From: Candidatus Altiarchaeota archaeon
GTDB lineage: Archaea; Altiarchaeota; Altiarchaeia; IMC4; QMZM01
Direction of reading: 5' to 3'
DNA length: 64,000 nucleotides
NCBI GenBank assembly: GCA_038891095.1
Contig: JAWAEV010000001.1
Coordinates: forward strand, 36,458 to 100,457
This document shows positions 9,664-19,660 of this stretch, piece by piece. The translations under genes were made by a program, and so were the position numbers. Every line of letters starts with the position of its first letter. Within the stretch, counting starts at the first letter, position 1. The notes under the pieces are model-generated. The model was not told the DNA's origin. It did no database searches and saw only the letters and a program-made list of their open reading frames with translations.

Positions 9664-10545
9664 ATGATAGATACTGAGTTTTTAGAAAATTTAAAAAATT
9701 TAAATTTCATAGCTCGGAAGAAAATTACAAGTGTATACATAGGTTCAAGAAGCTCAGTGATGCAAGGTCGTGGCTTAGAAATTTTTGACCATAGAGAGTA
9801 TTTCCCAGGAGATGATTTTAGAGCGATAGACTGGAAATTATATGGTAGAACTGAAAAATTATTCATTCGTCGCTTTGAGGAAGAAAAAAATCTCACATTA
9901 CATGTATTAATTGATTCAAGTAGAAGTATGGATTTTTCTCTTGGTGGAAAGAGAAAATTTGATTATGCAGAAAGTATTGCTATGGGCTTTACATATTTAG
10001 CGATGATAAAATATGAAAAATTTTCAACAGCTTTATATGCTGAGAAAATTAGAGAAGTTACAGCAGCAAAAAAAGGGAAAAAACATTTCTTTAGTATTTT
10101 AGATTTGTTAAATAAAGTTGAACCATATGGCCAAAGTAAATTAAAAGAATCAATGGAACAGTATAGGAATTTTATAAAGACAAAATCCTTTGTTGTGTTA
10201 ATATCTGACTTCTTAGAGGAGCTATCTTCAATAGAAGAAGGGCTTTACAGACTTGCAAAAAATTCAAAAGAATGTATTGCAATACAAATTTTAGATCCAA
10301 GTGAAATTTATCTTAAGTGGAATGAGGACATAAAATTTGAGGATTTAGAGACATATAGGACAGAGGTAGCTTACATAAGCCCAGGATTTAGAGAGGAATA
10401 TAGAAGAAGAATAAAAGAGCACATATTCAAAATACAAAAAATTTGTGATGATTTAGATATAGAATTTTTTTTACTCACTACAGATATGCCATTATTTGAT
10501 TCATTTCTGAATATTTTAAGATTGAAAAAGAAGGTTATAATATAA
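9664..10545 (+). CDS. DUF58 / vWA-like protein (usually MoxR-associated)
   Basis: HREYFPGDDFRAIDWK, DSSRSM, ISDF. Confidence 0.9.
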   Translation: MIDTEFLENLKNLNFIARKKITSVYIGSRSSVMQGRGLEIFDHREYFPGDDFRAIDWKLYGRTEKLFIRRFEEEKNLTLHVLIDSSRSMDFSLGGKRKFDYAESIAMGFTYLAMIKYEKFSTALYAEKIREVTAAKKGKKHFFSILDLLNKVEPYGQSKLKESMEQYRNFIKTKSFVVLISDFLEELSSIEEGLYRLAKNSKECIAIQILDPSEIYLKWNEDIKFEDLETYRTEVAYISPGFREEYRRRIKEHIFKIQKICDDLDIEFFLLTTDMPLFDSFLNILRLKKKVII

Positions 10546-11243
10546 TGGAAAAATTCATTTCAATACAAAAGGATTTTGATAAATTGATTGGTGGAGGTTT
10601 AATTTCAGGTAACATAACACATATTTATGGTCCGCCCGCATCTGGAAAAACAAATTTTGCTATGATAGCAATGAAAAATGCTGCCAAAGAAGGCAAAGTT
10701 ATCTTCATCGACTCAGAAGGTGGTTTCTCCATAGAGAGACTAAAGCAAATTTCTGGTGAGGAATTTGAAAATGTTTTGAAAAATTTATTATTAATTGAAC
10801 CAACTGATTATGATGAGCAGAAAGTTGCAATTAAAAAGTTAGATGAACTTGTGCCAAAAGTAAGTGCAAAATTAGTCATTGTTGATTCAATTGCTGTTCT
10901 TTATCGCTTAGAAGAGGAGAAAGATGTTAAGGAACTTGGAAGACAATTAGCTCAATTATTGAAAGTTGCAAGAAAGAATAATATTCCTGTGCTTATAACA
11001 AATCAAGTTTATACAGATATTAACACACAAAAAGTAGTGCCAATCGGTGGAGACATCTTGAGATATTGGGCAAAAATTGTAATTTCATTAGAAAAATTCA
11101 ATGACCGAAGATTTGCAATTCTTGAAAAACATAAATTTCTTCCTGAAGGAGCAAAATTAGAATTTAAAATTTGTGAAAAAGGAATTGAGATTATTGAAGA
11201 AGAAGTCGAAAGCTCTAAAACACAACAACCTTCACTCATTTGA
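10545..11243 (+). CDS. radB: DNA repair protein RadB
   Basis: GPPASGKT, IDSEGGFS, NQVY, LEKHK motif; no RadA N-terminal domain. Confidence 0.92.
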   Translation: MEKFISIQKDFDKLIGGGLISGNITHIYGPPASGKTNFAMIAMKNAAKEGKVIFIDSEGGFSIERLKQISGEEFENVLKNLLLIEPTDYDEQKVAIKKLDELVPKVSAKLVIVDSIAVLYRLEEEKDVKELGRQLAQLLKVARKNNIPVLITNQVYTDINTQKVVPIGGDILRYWAKIVISLEKFNDRRFAILEKHKFLPEGAKLEFKICEKGIEIIEEEVESSKTQQPSLI

Positions 11244-11365
11244 GTAATAGAAAATAGTAAAGAATGAGCACGCTACATAAGCAATTGGGACATCTCTATT
11301 GAACGCAGAACAAACTACAAAAGGTTGAAACATTAGAAGAGGTATATTGCTTTCTTACTGCTTTC

Positions 11366-12643
11366 TCACCAAGCAAGCCCTTCATAATCTATACCCTCTT
11401 TATTTCTAACAATATTTCTGCCATCAACAACAATTTTATTCTTCATTACTGAAAAATCCAAATTTTCAAATTCTTTCCAATCAGTTAAAATTAAGGCTAT
11501 GTCCGCATCTTTTAAAGCTTCCTCTGCTGAATTTGCATATTGTATATTAGAAAAAATTTTTTTCATATTAATCATGGCTTTTGGGTCATATGCTGAAATT
11601 TTTGCTTTTTCCTTGAGTAAAATTTTTATGACAGGTATTGACTGAGATTCACGGATATCATCAGTATCTGCCTTAAAAGCTAAACCAAGAACTGCAACTT
11701 TCTTTCCTGAGAAATTTTTAACTTTCTTTTTTGCTAACTCAATTAGCTTATAAGGCTGTTTGGAATTTACTTTCATAACTGAACTTAGAAGTTCAGGATT
11801 ATAGTTAACTTTCTTTGCTTCATGAATTAAAGCTTTTAAATCTTTTGGAAAACAACTACCACCAAAACCTAAGCCAGCATTTAAAAAGTATGGTGAAATT
11901 CTATGATCTAACGAAATTCCTTTTGCTACATCATAAGTATCAATTCCTAATTTCTTGCAAATGTTCCCAATTTCATTAATGAAAGAAATTTTTGTTGCTA
12001 AGAAAGCGTTAGAAGCATATTTAATCATTTCAGCAGTTTTTATATCAGTTCTGAAAATTTTTGAATTGAAGTCCTTATATAGATCCTCTACTATATCACC
12101 ACTCTTTTTGTCAATTGACCCAATAACAATTCTGTCAGGCTTTAAGAAATCATCAAGAGCTATACCCTCCCTTAAAAATTCGGGATTCATTACTAAGCCA
12201 AAATCTTTCTTACAAATTTTTCCAGAAATTTTTTCTATTATCGGCTTCACAATATTCTCAGTAGTTCCGGGAACAACAGTACTTTTAACAACAACAACAT
12301 GATATGTTTTTTCTTTTAAATTTTTTGCAATATCAGCAGATACTTTTTTAACATATTTTAAATCAGATGAACCATCTTTATCAGTAGGGGTTCCAACACA
12401 GATAAAGGTGATATCAGAATTTAAAATTGCTTCACTCAAATTTAAAGTAGCGAATAAATTTTTTCCTATTCTATTCTCTAAAATTTCTTGTAACCCTTTT
12501 TCATATATTGGAGCTTTTTTTTCATTTATAAGCTCTATTTTTCTCTTATCAATATCAACACAGAAAACCCTGTGTCCTTTTTCAGCAAATCCTGCAGCGG
12601 TGATTAAGCCCACATAACCTGCACCAATAACTGCAATATTCAT
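11366..12643 (-). CDS. ugd: UDP-glucose/GDP-mannose dehydrogenase
   Basis: MNIAVIGAGYVG, NPEFLREG, GFGGSCFPKD; start placed at ATG 12643. Confidence 0.92.
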   Translation of the reverse strand: MNIAVIGAGYVGLITAAGFAEKGHRVFCVDIDKRKIELINEKKAPIYEKGLQEILENRIGKNLFATLNLSEAILNSDITFICVGTPTDKDGSSDLKYVKKVSADIAKNLKEKTYHVVVVKSTVVPGTTENIVKPIIEKISGKICKKDFGLVMNPEFLREGIALDDFLKPDRIVIGSIDKKSGDIVEDLYKDFNSKIFRTDIKTAEMIKYASNAFLATKISFINEIGNICKKLGIDTYDVAKGISLDHRISPYFLNAGLGFGGSCFPKDLKALIHEAKKVNYNPELLSSVMKVNSKQPYKLIELAKKKVKNFSGKKVAVLGLAFKADTDDIRESQSIPVIKILLKEKAKISAYDPKAMINMKKIFSNIQYANSAEEALKDADIALILTDWKEFENLDFSVMKNKIVVDGRNIVRNKEGIDYEGLAW

Positions 12644-12680
12644 TTTGTGAAATTTACTTATATCCTTAGAATAATAAATT

Positions 12681-13028
12681 ATGAATGTGGAAGTAAAAAA
12701 ACCCAAAATTGTCAAAAAACCATGGGGCAGAGAAATTTGGATTGCTAATGAGCAGGAATATGCCGGAAAAATTCTAGAAATTAAAAGAGGTTTTAGCACA
12801 TCTCTTCATTATCATAAAGAAAAGAAAGAGACAATGTATGTTCTTAAAGGGAACGCAAAAATAAAATTTGAGAAAAAAGATATTAGCTTGAAAGAAGGTC
12901 AGAGCATAGTCATTAACAGGAGTGAAATGCATAAGATAATTGCCATAACAGATTTAAAAATTTTAGAAGTTAGCACTCCTCAACTTGATGATGTTACTAG
13001 AGTAGAGGACAACTATGGTAGAGTTTAG
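12681..13028 (+). CDS. cupin (mannose-6-phosphate isomerase type II C-terminal-like)
   Basis: KPWG, SLHYH..K.ET, EVSTP. Confidence 0.85.
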   Translation: MNVEVKKPKIVKKPWGREIWIANEQEYAGKILEIKRGFSTSLHYHKEKKETMYVLKGNAKIKFEKKDISLKEGQSIVINRSEMHKIIAITDLKILEVSTPQLDDVTRVEDNYGRV

Positions 13029-13079
13029 TAGAATTTAGTAAAAGAAGTTAAATTCTAAGTAAATAAATTCTAAGTAAAA

Positions 13080-14162
13080 ATGACAAATGTTAGTGTTATA
13101 GTAGGCGGTTTTTTCGGAGATGAAGGTAAAGGCAAAATTATTTCATATCTTGCAAAAAAAGATAAACCAGAAGTGATAGCAAGAGCAGGTGTTGGTCCTA
13201 ATGCAGGCCATACGGTATATCATAAAGGAAAAAAATTTGGCCTAAGGCTTATTCCTTCAGGTTTTGTTAATGAGAAAGCAAAACTTTTCATTGGGGCAGG
13301 AGTTTTGATTGATGTGGAGAGATTTCTCTATGAGGTTGAGCTAACAAATACTTATGGCAGAATTTTTATTGATAAGAGATGTGGGATAATTGAGCAAAAA
13401 CATAAAGAACTTGACTCAAGTAACAATTTTCTAAAAAAAACTATCGGCACTACAGGCTCAGGTTGTGGGCCGGCAAATGCTGATAGAGCAAATAGAAAGT
13501 TAAAATTAGCTTCTCAAATTCCTGAGCTTAAGGATTTTCTTATTGATGTTCCTTTAGAGCTAAATGATGCTATTGAAAGAGGTGAAAAAATTTTGGTTGA
13601 AGCATCTCAAGGCTTTGGATTATCACTTTTTTATGGAACTTATCCCCAGGTCACATCTAAGGATACAACAGCTTCAATGGCTTTAGCTGATGTTGGAATT
13701 GGACCAACAAAAGTTAAAGAAGTTATAGTTGTCTATAAAGCTTACTTAACGAGAGTTGGAGAAGGCGAAATGAGAGAGATGATAACTGAAGAAAATGTTT
13801 CAAGATATGATTATTGGTTGGAAATTTTAAATAAAGCAAAGGAGAGAGGTATAAAAGGTTCAGTGAATGAAATAATTGCAGAATATTTTAATGAGAAAGG
13901 AACAGTCACGCAGAGATTAAGACGCATAGGCAACTTTGATTTTTCATTAGCGAGATATTCAGCAATGATTAATGGTGCAACTCAAATAGCAATAACCTGC
14001 TTAGATAGATTATTTCCTGAAGTTAATGGCATGAAAAAATATGAAAATTTATCTGAAAGAGCAAAATCTTACATAGAGAAAATTCAAAAAGAAGTAAAAG
14101 TAAAGATCACTTTAATTTCTACAGGTCCTGAAGCTGGGGATATTGTTGATTTGAGAAAATAA
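13080..14162 (+). CDS. purA: adenylosuccinate synthetase (short archaeal type)
   Basis: [29 protein letters not shown]. Confidence 0.95.
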   Translation: MTNVSVIVGGFFGDEGKGKIISYLAKKDKPEVIARAGVGPNAGHTVYHKGKKFGLRLIPSGFVNEKAKLFIGAGVLIDVERFLYEVELTNTYGRIFIDKRCGIIEQKHKELDSSNNFLKKTIGTTGSGCGPANADRANRKLKLASQIPELKDFLIDVPLELNDAIERGEKILVEASQGFGLSLFYGTYPQVTSKDTTASMALADVGIGPTKVKEVIVVYKAYLTRVGEGEMREMITEENVSRYDYWLEILNKAKERGIKGSVNEIIAEYFNEKGTVTQRLRRIGNFDFSLARYSAMINGATQIAITCLDRLFPEVNGMKKYENLSERAKSYIEKIQKEVKVKITLISTGPEAGDIVDLRK

Positions 14163-14202
14163 AGAGTAATAAAAAGTTAAAAAGAATTTCTATAGTTTAA
14201 GA

Positions 14203-15279
14203 ATGATCTCAATAATTGGTGCTGGCCCAGTAGGATGTTTTTCTGCGATATCTGCTATTGAAAATGGCAACGATGTGGAAATTTTCGAAGCACAAAAAAT
14301 TGAGAATAGGAAAGTAAAGTGCTCAGGGCTTGTTTCCGTTTCTGGGATTTTTCAGCTTTCATTATCTTTACCAAACGATTGCATTCTCAATAAAGTTCGT
14401 GGAGCAAAAATTTTCTCTCCATCTGGAAAGGAAATTTTAATTAATGCTAAAGAAGAGAAAGCCTTTGTTTTAGACAGAAGGAAATTTGATAATTTTCTTT
14501 TGAATAGGGCGATAGATAGAGGTGCAGTATTTAAAAATGAAAAAATTTCAGATTTAAAAAAGATAAAAGGCAAGAGAATTGTATTGGCAACAGGAACAAA
14601 CTATAATTTGCAAAAAAAATTAAATTTACCAACTCCAAAAAAATTTCTCATTGGTGCGCAGTATGAGATGAAAATCTCTTGCGAAAAAGAATTTGTTGAA
14701 CTGTATTTTGGAAAAAAAATTGCACCAAATTTTTTCTCTTGGATTATTCCTATTGATGATAACTATGGCAGAGTAGGTTTATGCACTGAAAAAGAAACAA
14801 TTTTTTACTTAAAAAATTTTTTGAGAAAATTGAAAAAAAAAGGTAGGATAAAAAATGAAAAAATTTTTGAGAGAAATTTTGGGATAATTCCAATTTATGA
14901 CCCAAAAATGAAAACGCAATTTGATAACATTGCCATAGTTGGAGATGCTGCTGCTCAAGTAAAAGCAACAACTGGTGGCGGGATTATTCTTGGTTGTATT
15001 GCTGCAAAATTCTCTCATGATGAGGACTATGAAAAAAAATGGAGAAAAGAAATTGGTAAGGAGCTATATCTTCATTTACAAATAAGAAAATTTCTAAATA
15101 AACTATCTGACAAAAATCTTGAAAGGCTTTTTTCATTAATTGATGAGAATAAGGAAATTATTCAGGAGAAAGGCGATATGGATTTGGCATCAAGAATAAT
15201 TTTTCCCTTAGCAAAAGAACCAAGATTCATTCTAAATTTTCTTTCAAAATTGCCATATTTTGTGTGTGATTTATTATAA
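14203..15279 (+). CDS. geranylgeranyl reductase family flavoprotein
   Basis: IIGAGPVG, CSG, WIIP, VGDAAAQVKATTGGGI. Confidence 0.88.
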   Translation: MISIIGAGPVGCFSAISAIENGNDVEIFEAQKIENRKVKCSGLVSVSGIFQLSLSLPNDCILNKVRGAKIFSPSGKEILINAKEEKAFVLDRRKFDNFLLNRAIDRGAVFKNEKISDLKKIKGKRIVLATGTNYNLQKKLNLPTPKKFLIGAQYEMKISCEKEFVELYFGKKIAPNFFSWIIPIDDNYGRVGLCTEKETIFYLKNFLRKLKKKGRIKNEKIFERNFGIIPIYDPKMKTQFDNIAIVGDAAAQVKATTGGGIILGCIAAKFSHDEDYEKKWRKEIGKELYLHLQIRKFLNKLSDKNLERLFSLIDENKEIIQEKGDMDLASRIIFPLAKEPRFILNFLSKLPYFVCDLL

Positions 15280-15300
15280 AGTAGCATAATTATATTTAAC

Positions 15301-15576
15301 ATGGAATTATTTACAATTATCTGGGTGAGTATTGGCATATTGCTTTTATTGTTAATTCCAGGTGTAGCAATGAGTTTTGCAATTTTTCCAAAAAAAGATG
15401 ATTTAGAATTGCTTTATAGATTCGGGATAAGTCTTGTCTTAGGTTTCACACCTTTTTTCTTGCTTTACTTTGCTGAAAAAAATTTTTTTATGCCTGTAAA
15501 TCTTGAAACAACTTCTGCTGCAATTTTATTTGTATTTTTTATTAGTATGATAATATGGTTTCTCAGGAGGATGTAA
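15301..15576 (+). CDS. small membrane protein (DUF1616 N-terminal-like)
   Basis: LIPG...AIFP...L.R...S pattern, three TM segments. Confidence 0.6.
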   Translation: MELFTIIWVSIGILLLLLIPGVAMSFAIFPKKDDLELLYRFGISLVLGFTPFFLLYFAEKNFFMPVNLETTSAAILFVFFISMIIWFLRRM

Positions 15577-15590
15577 CTACTCCTATAGAA

Positions 15591-16754
15591 ATGAAAAAAG
15601 GTAAGATAATTCGTGACCCAATTCATGGGAATATAAAAGCTGATGAGTTAGAGATAAAGCTTATTGACACGCCAGAAATGCAAAGATTGCGGAGAATAAA
15701 ACAAAATGGTTTTTGCTATTTGATTTATCCTGCAATGACTTCAAGTAGATTTGAGCATTCCCTTGGAGTTATGCATCTTGCAGGTTTAATTTCTGATCAT
15801 TTAGGATTGAATAAAGAGCAAAGAAAATTTTTAAGAGTTTCTGCATTGCTTCATGATATAGGGCATTTTCCATTTTCTCATAGTTCTGAGGAAGTATTGA
15901 AAAAATATGGTTTCTCGCACGAGGAAAATTCAGCTGAGATTATAACGAAAAGTGAAATTTCAGAAATTTTAGAAGATGAAGGTATTAGCCCTAAGGAAGT
16001 GGCAGATTTTATAAAAGGTAAGGGAGAACTATCAAAATTATTATCCTCAGAAATTGACATTGATAAGATGGATTATTTAATAAGAGATTCATATTATGCT
16101 GGTGTAGCATATGGCGTTATTGACCTACAGAGGGTAATTCATGGAATAAAAATTTTTGATGATAAAGTTGTGGTAAAAAAAAGTAGTTTAGAGGCAGTTG
16201 AATCCTTGCTAATTTCAAGAAATTTGATGTATCAAACAGTTTATAGACATCACACAAAGAGAATTGTCGAAAGTATGTTTAAGCATGCATTAGAGTTTCT
16301 ATTTAAAACAAAAAAATTAAACTACAAAGATTTTGTAAATTTTGATGATTTTGATATAGTATCTTTGCTTAGAAAATCAAAAGGCTATGGCAAAGAGATG
16401 ATAGAAAGGATTGATAACAGAGCACTTTTTAAGATTTTTTTTCAACAGAATGTAAAGGAACTTCCAGAAAATTTTATAAAAAAAATTAAAGAAAATTCTG
16501 AGAGCATAGAGAAAAAAATATCAGATGATTTTGGAATTTCTCAAGGTTATGTTTTGATTGATTTCCCAAATACAAAATTGTCTGAATTCGAAATTGTATT
16601 TGAAACAGAAAATAGCTTAAGAAAAATTGATGAAATTTCATCACTCGCAAATGCATTGAAAAACTCAGAACAAGAAAAGTTAACATTTTGCATTTATACT
16701 CCATTAGAAATGAAGGAAAAATTTAAGGATTTTAACATTGCTAATTATTTTTAA
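15591..16754 (+). CDS. HD-domain phosphohydrolase (SAMHD1/dNTPase-like)
   Basis: IRDPIHG, QRLRRIKQ, RFEHSLG, LLHDIGH.PFSH, DKMDYLIRD. Confidence 0.9.
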   Translation: MKKGKIIRDPIHGNIKADELEIKLIDTPEMQRLRRIKQNGFCYLIYPAMTSSRFEHSLGVMHLAGLISDHLGLNKEQRKFLRVSALLHDIGHFPFSHSSEEVLKKYGFSHEENSAEIITKSEISEILEDEGISPKEVADFIKGKGELSKLLSSEIDIDKMDYLIRDSYYAGVAYGVIDLQRVIHGIKIFDDKVVVKKSSLEAVESLLISRNLMYQTVYRHHTKRIVESMFKHALEFLFKTKKLNYKDFVNFDDFDIVSLLRKSKGYGKEMIERIDNRALFKIFFQQNVKELPENFIKKIKENSESIEKKISDDFGISQGYVLIDFPNTKLSEFEIVFETENSLRKIDEISSLANALKNSEQEKLTFCIYTPLEMKEKFKDFNIANYF

Positions 16755-16774
16755 CTTTCAAATTTTGTGAGCAT

Positions 16775-17731
16775 TTAAGAGCTCAATCCTTGAATTATTC
16801 CTGCCTCAATGTGGAGAGTGCTCTCACCTATGATTTTTTCCTGATAGTTAAATGTTAAAGGCACATAAAATTTTCCTCTTGGAAGATATTTCTTTGAGCA
16901 GTTATAAATCCTCACTTCAGTTGTTGGATTTAATGGATCTAATATTATAAAGGTCTCAATTCTATCTGTGTTTTTATTTAAGTCAACTACGCCCTGAGAA
17001 CAATCCCCTTTCGGAATTAACTCTGTTAATATCAAACTTTTATTAAGTTTACTTAAAATTGAAAATTCAAATATGTCTTCTTTGTAAGATATACTTGATG
17101 GGTCTACAACGAAATTTTTAAATCCATCAGAAGTTGTTTTAAAATCAAAAAAAACAAAAATTCCTGTTTGCCATAAAAAAATCAGGACTAACAAAAAAGC
17201 TAAAAAAAGCAGAATTAAGAAAAGTAGAAATGTAAGAACCACTTTTCTCGAATCAAATTTATGCGATATCTTTATTAATATCAAAATAGGTCTTGCAGAA
17301 TAGAGTAGAATAAGATACAATGCAAATTTTCCTATAAAAGGTAAAAATTGTATGAGGCTAGATAATATTAAAGCAGATGACAGCAGTGATAATAAATGGC
17401 TCTGAGTTGAAAAATTTCCATATCCATTAAAAATTCTTGCTGATATGTAAAGCAAAAAAGAAAGAAAAATAAATAGAATAAGACATAGTGCAGGCATGGA
17501 GAAAAGATATAGAAAAGGGGAATAAATAGTTAGACTGTTTATTAAAATTTTTGATATGAAGTCAATTTCTATGGAGGGATATATAAGTGAGATGGTTAAA
17601 ATTATAGCAGCATAAATGAAGCTTGCTTTTAGAATATTTCTAACTGCCTGAGAAGTTGAACCTCGGTCTTTTTCAGCATTGAAAGTATCATGTGGATAGA
17701 TTAAAGAATCAAAAAAGAGCACGATATCCAT
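16775..17731 (-). CDS. Yip1-domain membrane protein with C-terminal extracellular beta domain
   Basis: Yip1-like LIYPHDTF...ARIFNGYGNF with about five TM segments, then a soluble domain. Confidence 0.6.
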   Translation of the reverse strand: MDIVLFFDSLIYPHDTFNAEKDRGSTSQAVRNILKASFIYAAIILTISLIYPSIEIDFISKILINSLTIYSPFLYLFSMPALCLILFIFLSFLLYISARIFNGYGNFSTQSHLLSLLSSALILSSLIQFLPFIGKFALYLILLYSARPILILIKISHKFDSRKVVLTFLLFLILLFLAFLLVLIFLWQTGIFVFFDFKTTSDGFKNFVVDPSSISYKEDIFEFSILSKLNKSLILTELIPKGDCSQGVVDLNKNTDRIETFIILDPLNPTTEVRIYNCSKKYLPRGKFYVPLTFNYQEKIIGESTLHIEAGIIQGLSS

Positions 17732-17765
17732 GTTAGATATTTGAAATGCAAAATTTAAAACATTG

Positions 17766-18710
17766 CTATGACCTCATAGGTTCCAAAATTTCTATCAACG
17801 CCTCAGCAACAGCATTTTTTAAATCCTGAGGATGTAACTTGCCATCAAGATAGTAGCGCTCCAATTCATCATAGGAATTAAAAAATATGTCTCCTCCAAA
17901 TTTCTCTTTGCGTTCAATTTCTATTTTCCCTTTTTTTGGGAAAATCAAATATTCACAAATTTGAAGAACTACATTGCTACTTACATCTTTTGGAGGACAA
18001 TATGCTGATGCAATTTTTTTTCTAATGCTCTCTGGTTTTTCATCAACTGCAATTATTGTCTCTGGTTTTGAACTTGACATCTTCTGCTCTGGACCTTGAA
18101 GAGAAGATAAAAGTGGTGTATGTATACAAACAAATTTTTTATAATTTAATTCTGGCAATATCTCTCTTGCTAACATGTGAATTTTTCTTTGCTCCAAACC
18201 ACCATGAGCAATGTCAACATCTAAGGCCTTTATATCTGCAATTTGCATTAAAGGATAGATCACTTGAGAAACTCTTGCGTGCTCTAAATCACGAGCAATT
18301 TCCTGCATACTTCTTCTTGCTCTCATAAGTGTTGTCTTTAAACCTAATGTTAACACATCTCTTATGTAGTCTCTATTAAATTGGAAATCAGTGCCTTTTA
18401 TAAATTCTGCCTCCCGCAAGCCAGCCTTCATTAATGTTTCTTTCCATATCTGCAACTGTTCCTCAATAAATTTTTCATCACCTTTTCTGTTAAGAAATGT
18501 ATGCAAATCTGCAAGAAGAACTTTGACTTTCAACCCAGCATTTTGAAAATCAACTTGCTTTTGAATTGCAACAAGAGTGCCGATATGCACAGGGCCAGAT
18601 ACCTCATAACCACAATATGTTATCGCTAATGGCTTTTTCTTAAGTAATTCATAAAGTTCTTCATGTGTTATAATTTCCTTTGTATTTCTTTCGATTAATG
18701 AGAGATCCAT
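17766..18710 (-). CDS. tyrS: tyrosyl-tRNA synthetase
   Basis: YCGYEVSGPVHIG, YPLMQ.AD, GGLEQRKIH, KMSSS. Confidence 0.95.
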   Translation of the reverse strand: MDLSLIERNTKEIITHEELYELLKKKPLAITYCGYEVSGPVHIGTLVAIQKQVDFQNAGLKVKVLLADLHTFLNRKGDEKFIEEQLQIWKETLMKAGLREAEFIKGTDFQFNRDYIRDVLTLGLKTTLMRARRSMQEIARDLEHARVSQVIYPLMQIADIKALDVDIAHGGLEQRKIHMLAREILPELNYKKFVCIHTPLLSSLQGPEQKMSSSKPETIIAVDEKPESIRKKIASAYCPPKDVSSNVVLQICEYLIFPKKGKIEIERKEKFGGDIFFNSYDELERYYLDGKLHPQDLKNAVAEALIEILEPMRS

Positions 18711-18955
18711 TAAATCACCCTTTCGAGTTCTCCAATTAAATTCCACAAAATTGTTTTTATATCCACTGGGATACTACTATCGTTAGATATTGTATCTAAT
18801 TCATATATTGCAGATGTCACTCTAACACCGATATCTTGCTTTTCATCTTTAAGATCAGAACAAATTTTATTTAACTTGTCTTTAACTCTCTTTGATAATT
18901 CTACATTTTCAGAAACTTCTTCTATTTTCTCTATTATTCTGTCCAAATCTGCCAT
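18710..18955 (-). CDS. UPF0147 family protein
   Basis: VRVTSAIYELDTISNDSSIP...KTILW. Confidence 0.8.
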   Translation of the reverse strand: MADLDRIIEKIEEVSENVELSKRVKDKLNKICSDLKDEKQDIGVRVTSAIYELDTISNDSSIPVDIKTILWNLIGELERVI

Positions 18956-19028
18956 TTTATCTGTATTACTTATTAATTTTATTTAAAAAACTATTTAAAA
19001 ATTTAAATTAGAATATCAGAATGTTGAA

Positions 19029-19658
19029 ATGACAAAACAGACAAAACATCGCAAAAAAGAGATAATTGCAAAAGGTGCTGAAGCTATTCTTTATAGGGAA
19101 GGTGAAAAACTTGTTAAAGATAGAGTTAGGAAAAGGTATAGATTAGAGGAAATTGACAAAAAACTCAGAGAGAGAAGGACAAAACACGAAGCAAAAATTT
19201 TAAAAAGCGCTAACGAAGTTATTCCCGTACCAAAAATTTTCAAATTTTCAGAAAAAGAATGTAAAATTGAGATGGAGTTTCTCTATGGAAAAACACTTAA
19301 AGATTTTTTCGAAAGTTGCAGTGAAAACGACATTGTAGAAAAAAGTAGAAAAATTGGAGCTTTTATAGCAAAGTTACATTCTAAGAATATTGTGCATAAT
19401 GATCTAACAACATCTAACATGCTTCTTTCCAATAGTGAAATTTACTTCATAGATTTTGGCTTAGCTATACACTCAACAAGAATTGAAGATAAAGCCATGG
19501 ACTTAGTTGTTTTGAAGAAAGCAATTAAAGCGACACATCCAAAAAAATTTCAAGTTATATGGAAGGAAATTCTGAGAGGGTACAAAACAATAGCCGAAAG
19601 ATATAGCGAAATTATTGCAAGAATTGAAAATATCGAAAAAAGGGCAAGATATCTTTAA
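19029..19658 (+). CDS. bud32: KEOPS kinase Bud32
   Basis: KGAEA, HNDLTTSN, IDFGL, EDKAMDL, RARY C-terminus. Confidence 0.92.
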   Translation: MTKQTKHRKKEIIAKGAEAILYREGEKLVKDRVRKRYRLEEIDKKLRERRTKHEAKILKSANEVIPVPKIFKFSEKECKIEMEFLYGKTLKDFFESCSENDIVEKSRKIGAFIAKLHSKNIVHNDLTTSNMLLSNSEIYFIDFGLAIHSTRIEDKAMDLVVLKKAIKATHPKKFQVIWKEILRGYKTIAERYSEIIARIENIEKRARYL

Positions 19659-19660
19659 AT

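Noticed and set aside
11244-11365. Intergenic sequence between convergent radB and ugd as a possible ncRNA
   Set aside because: No convincing stem, C/D box pair or ORF seen.
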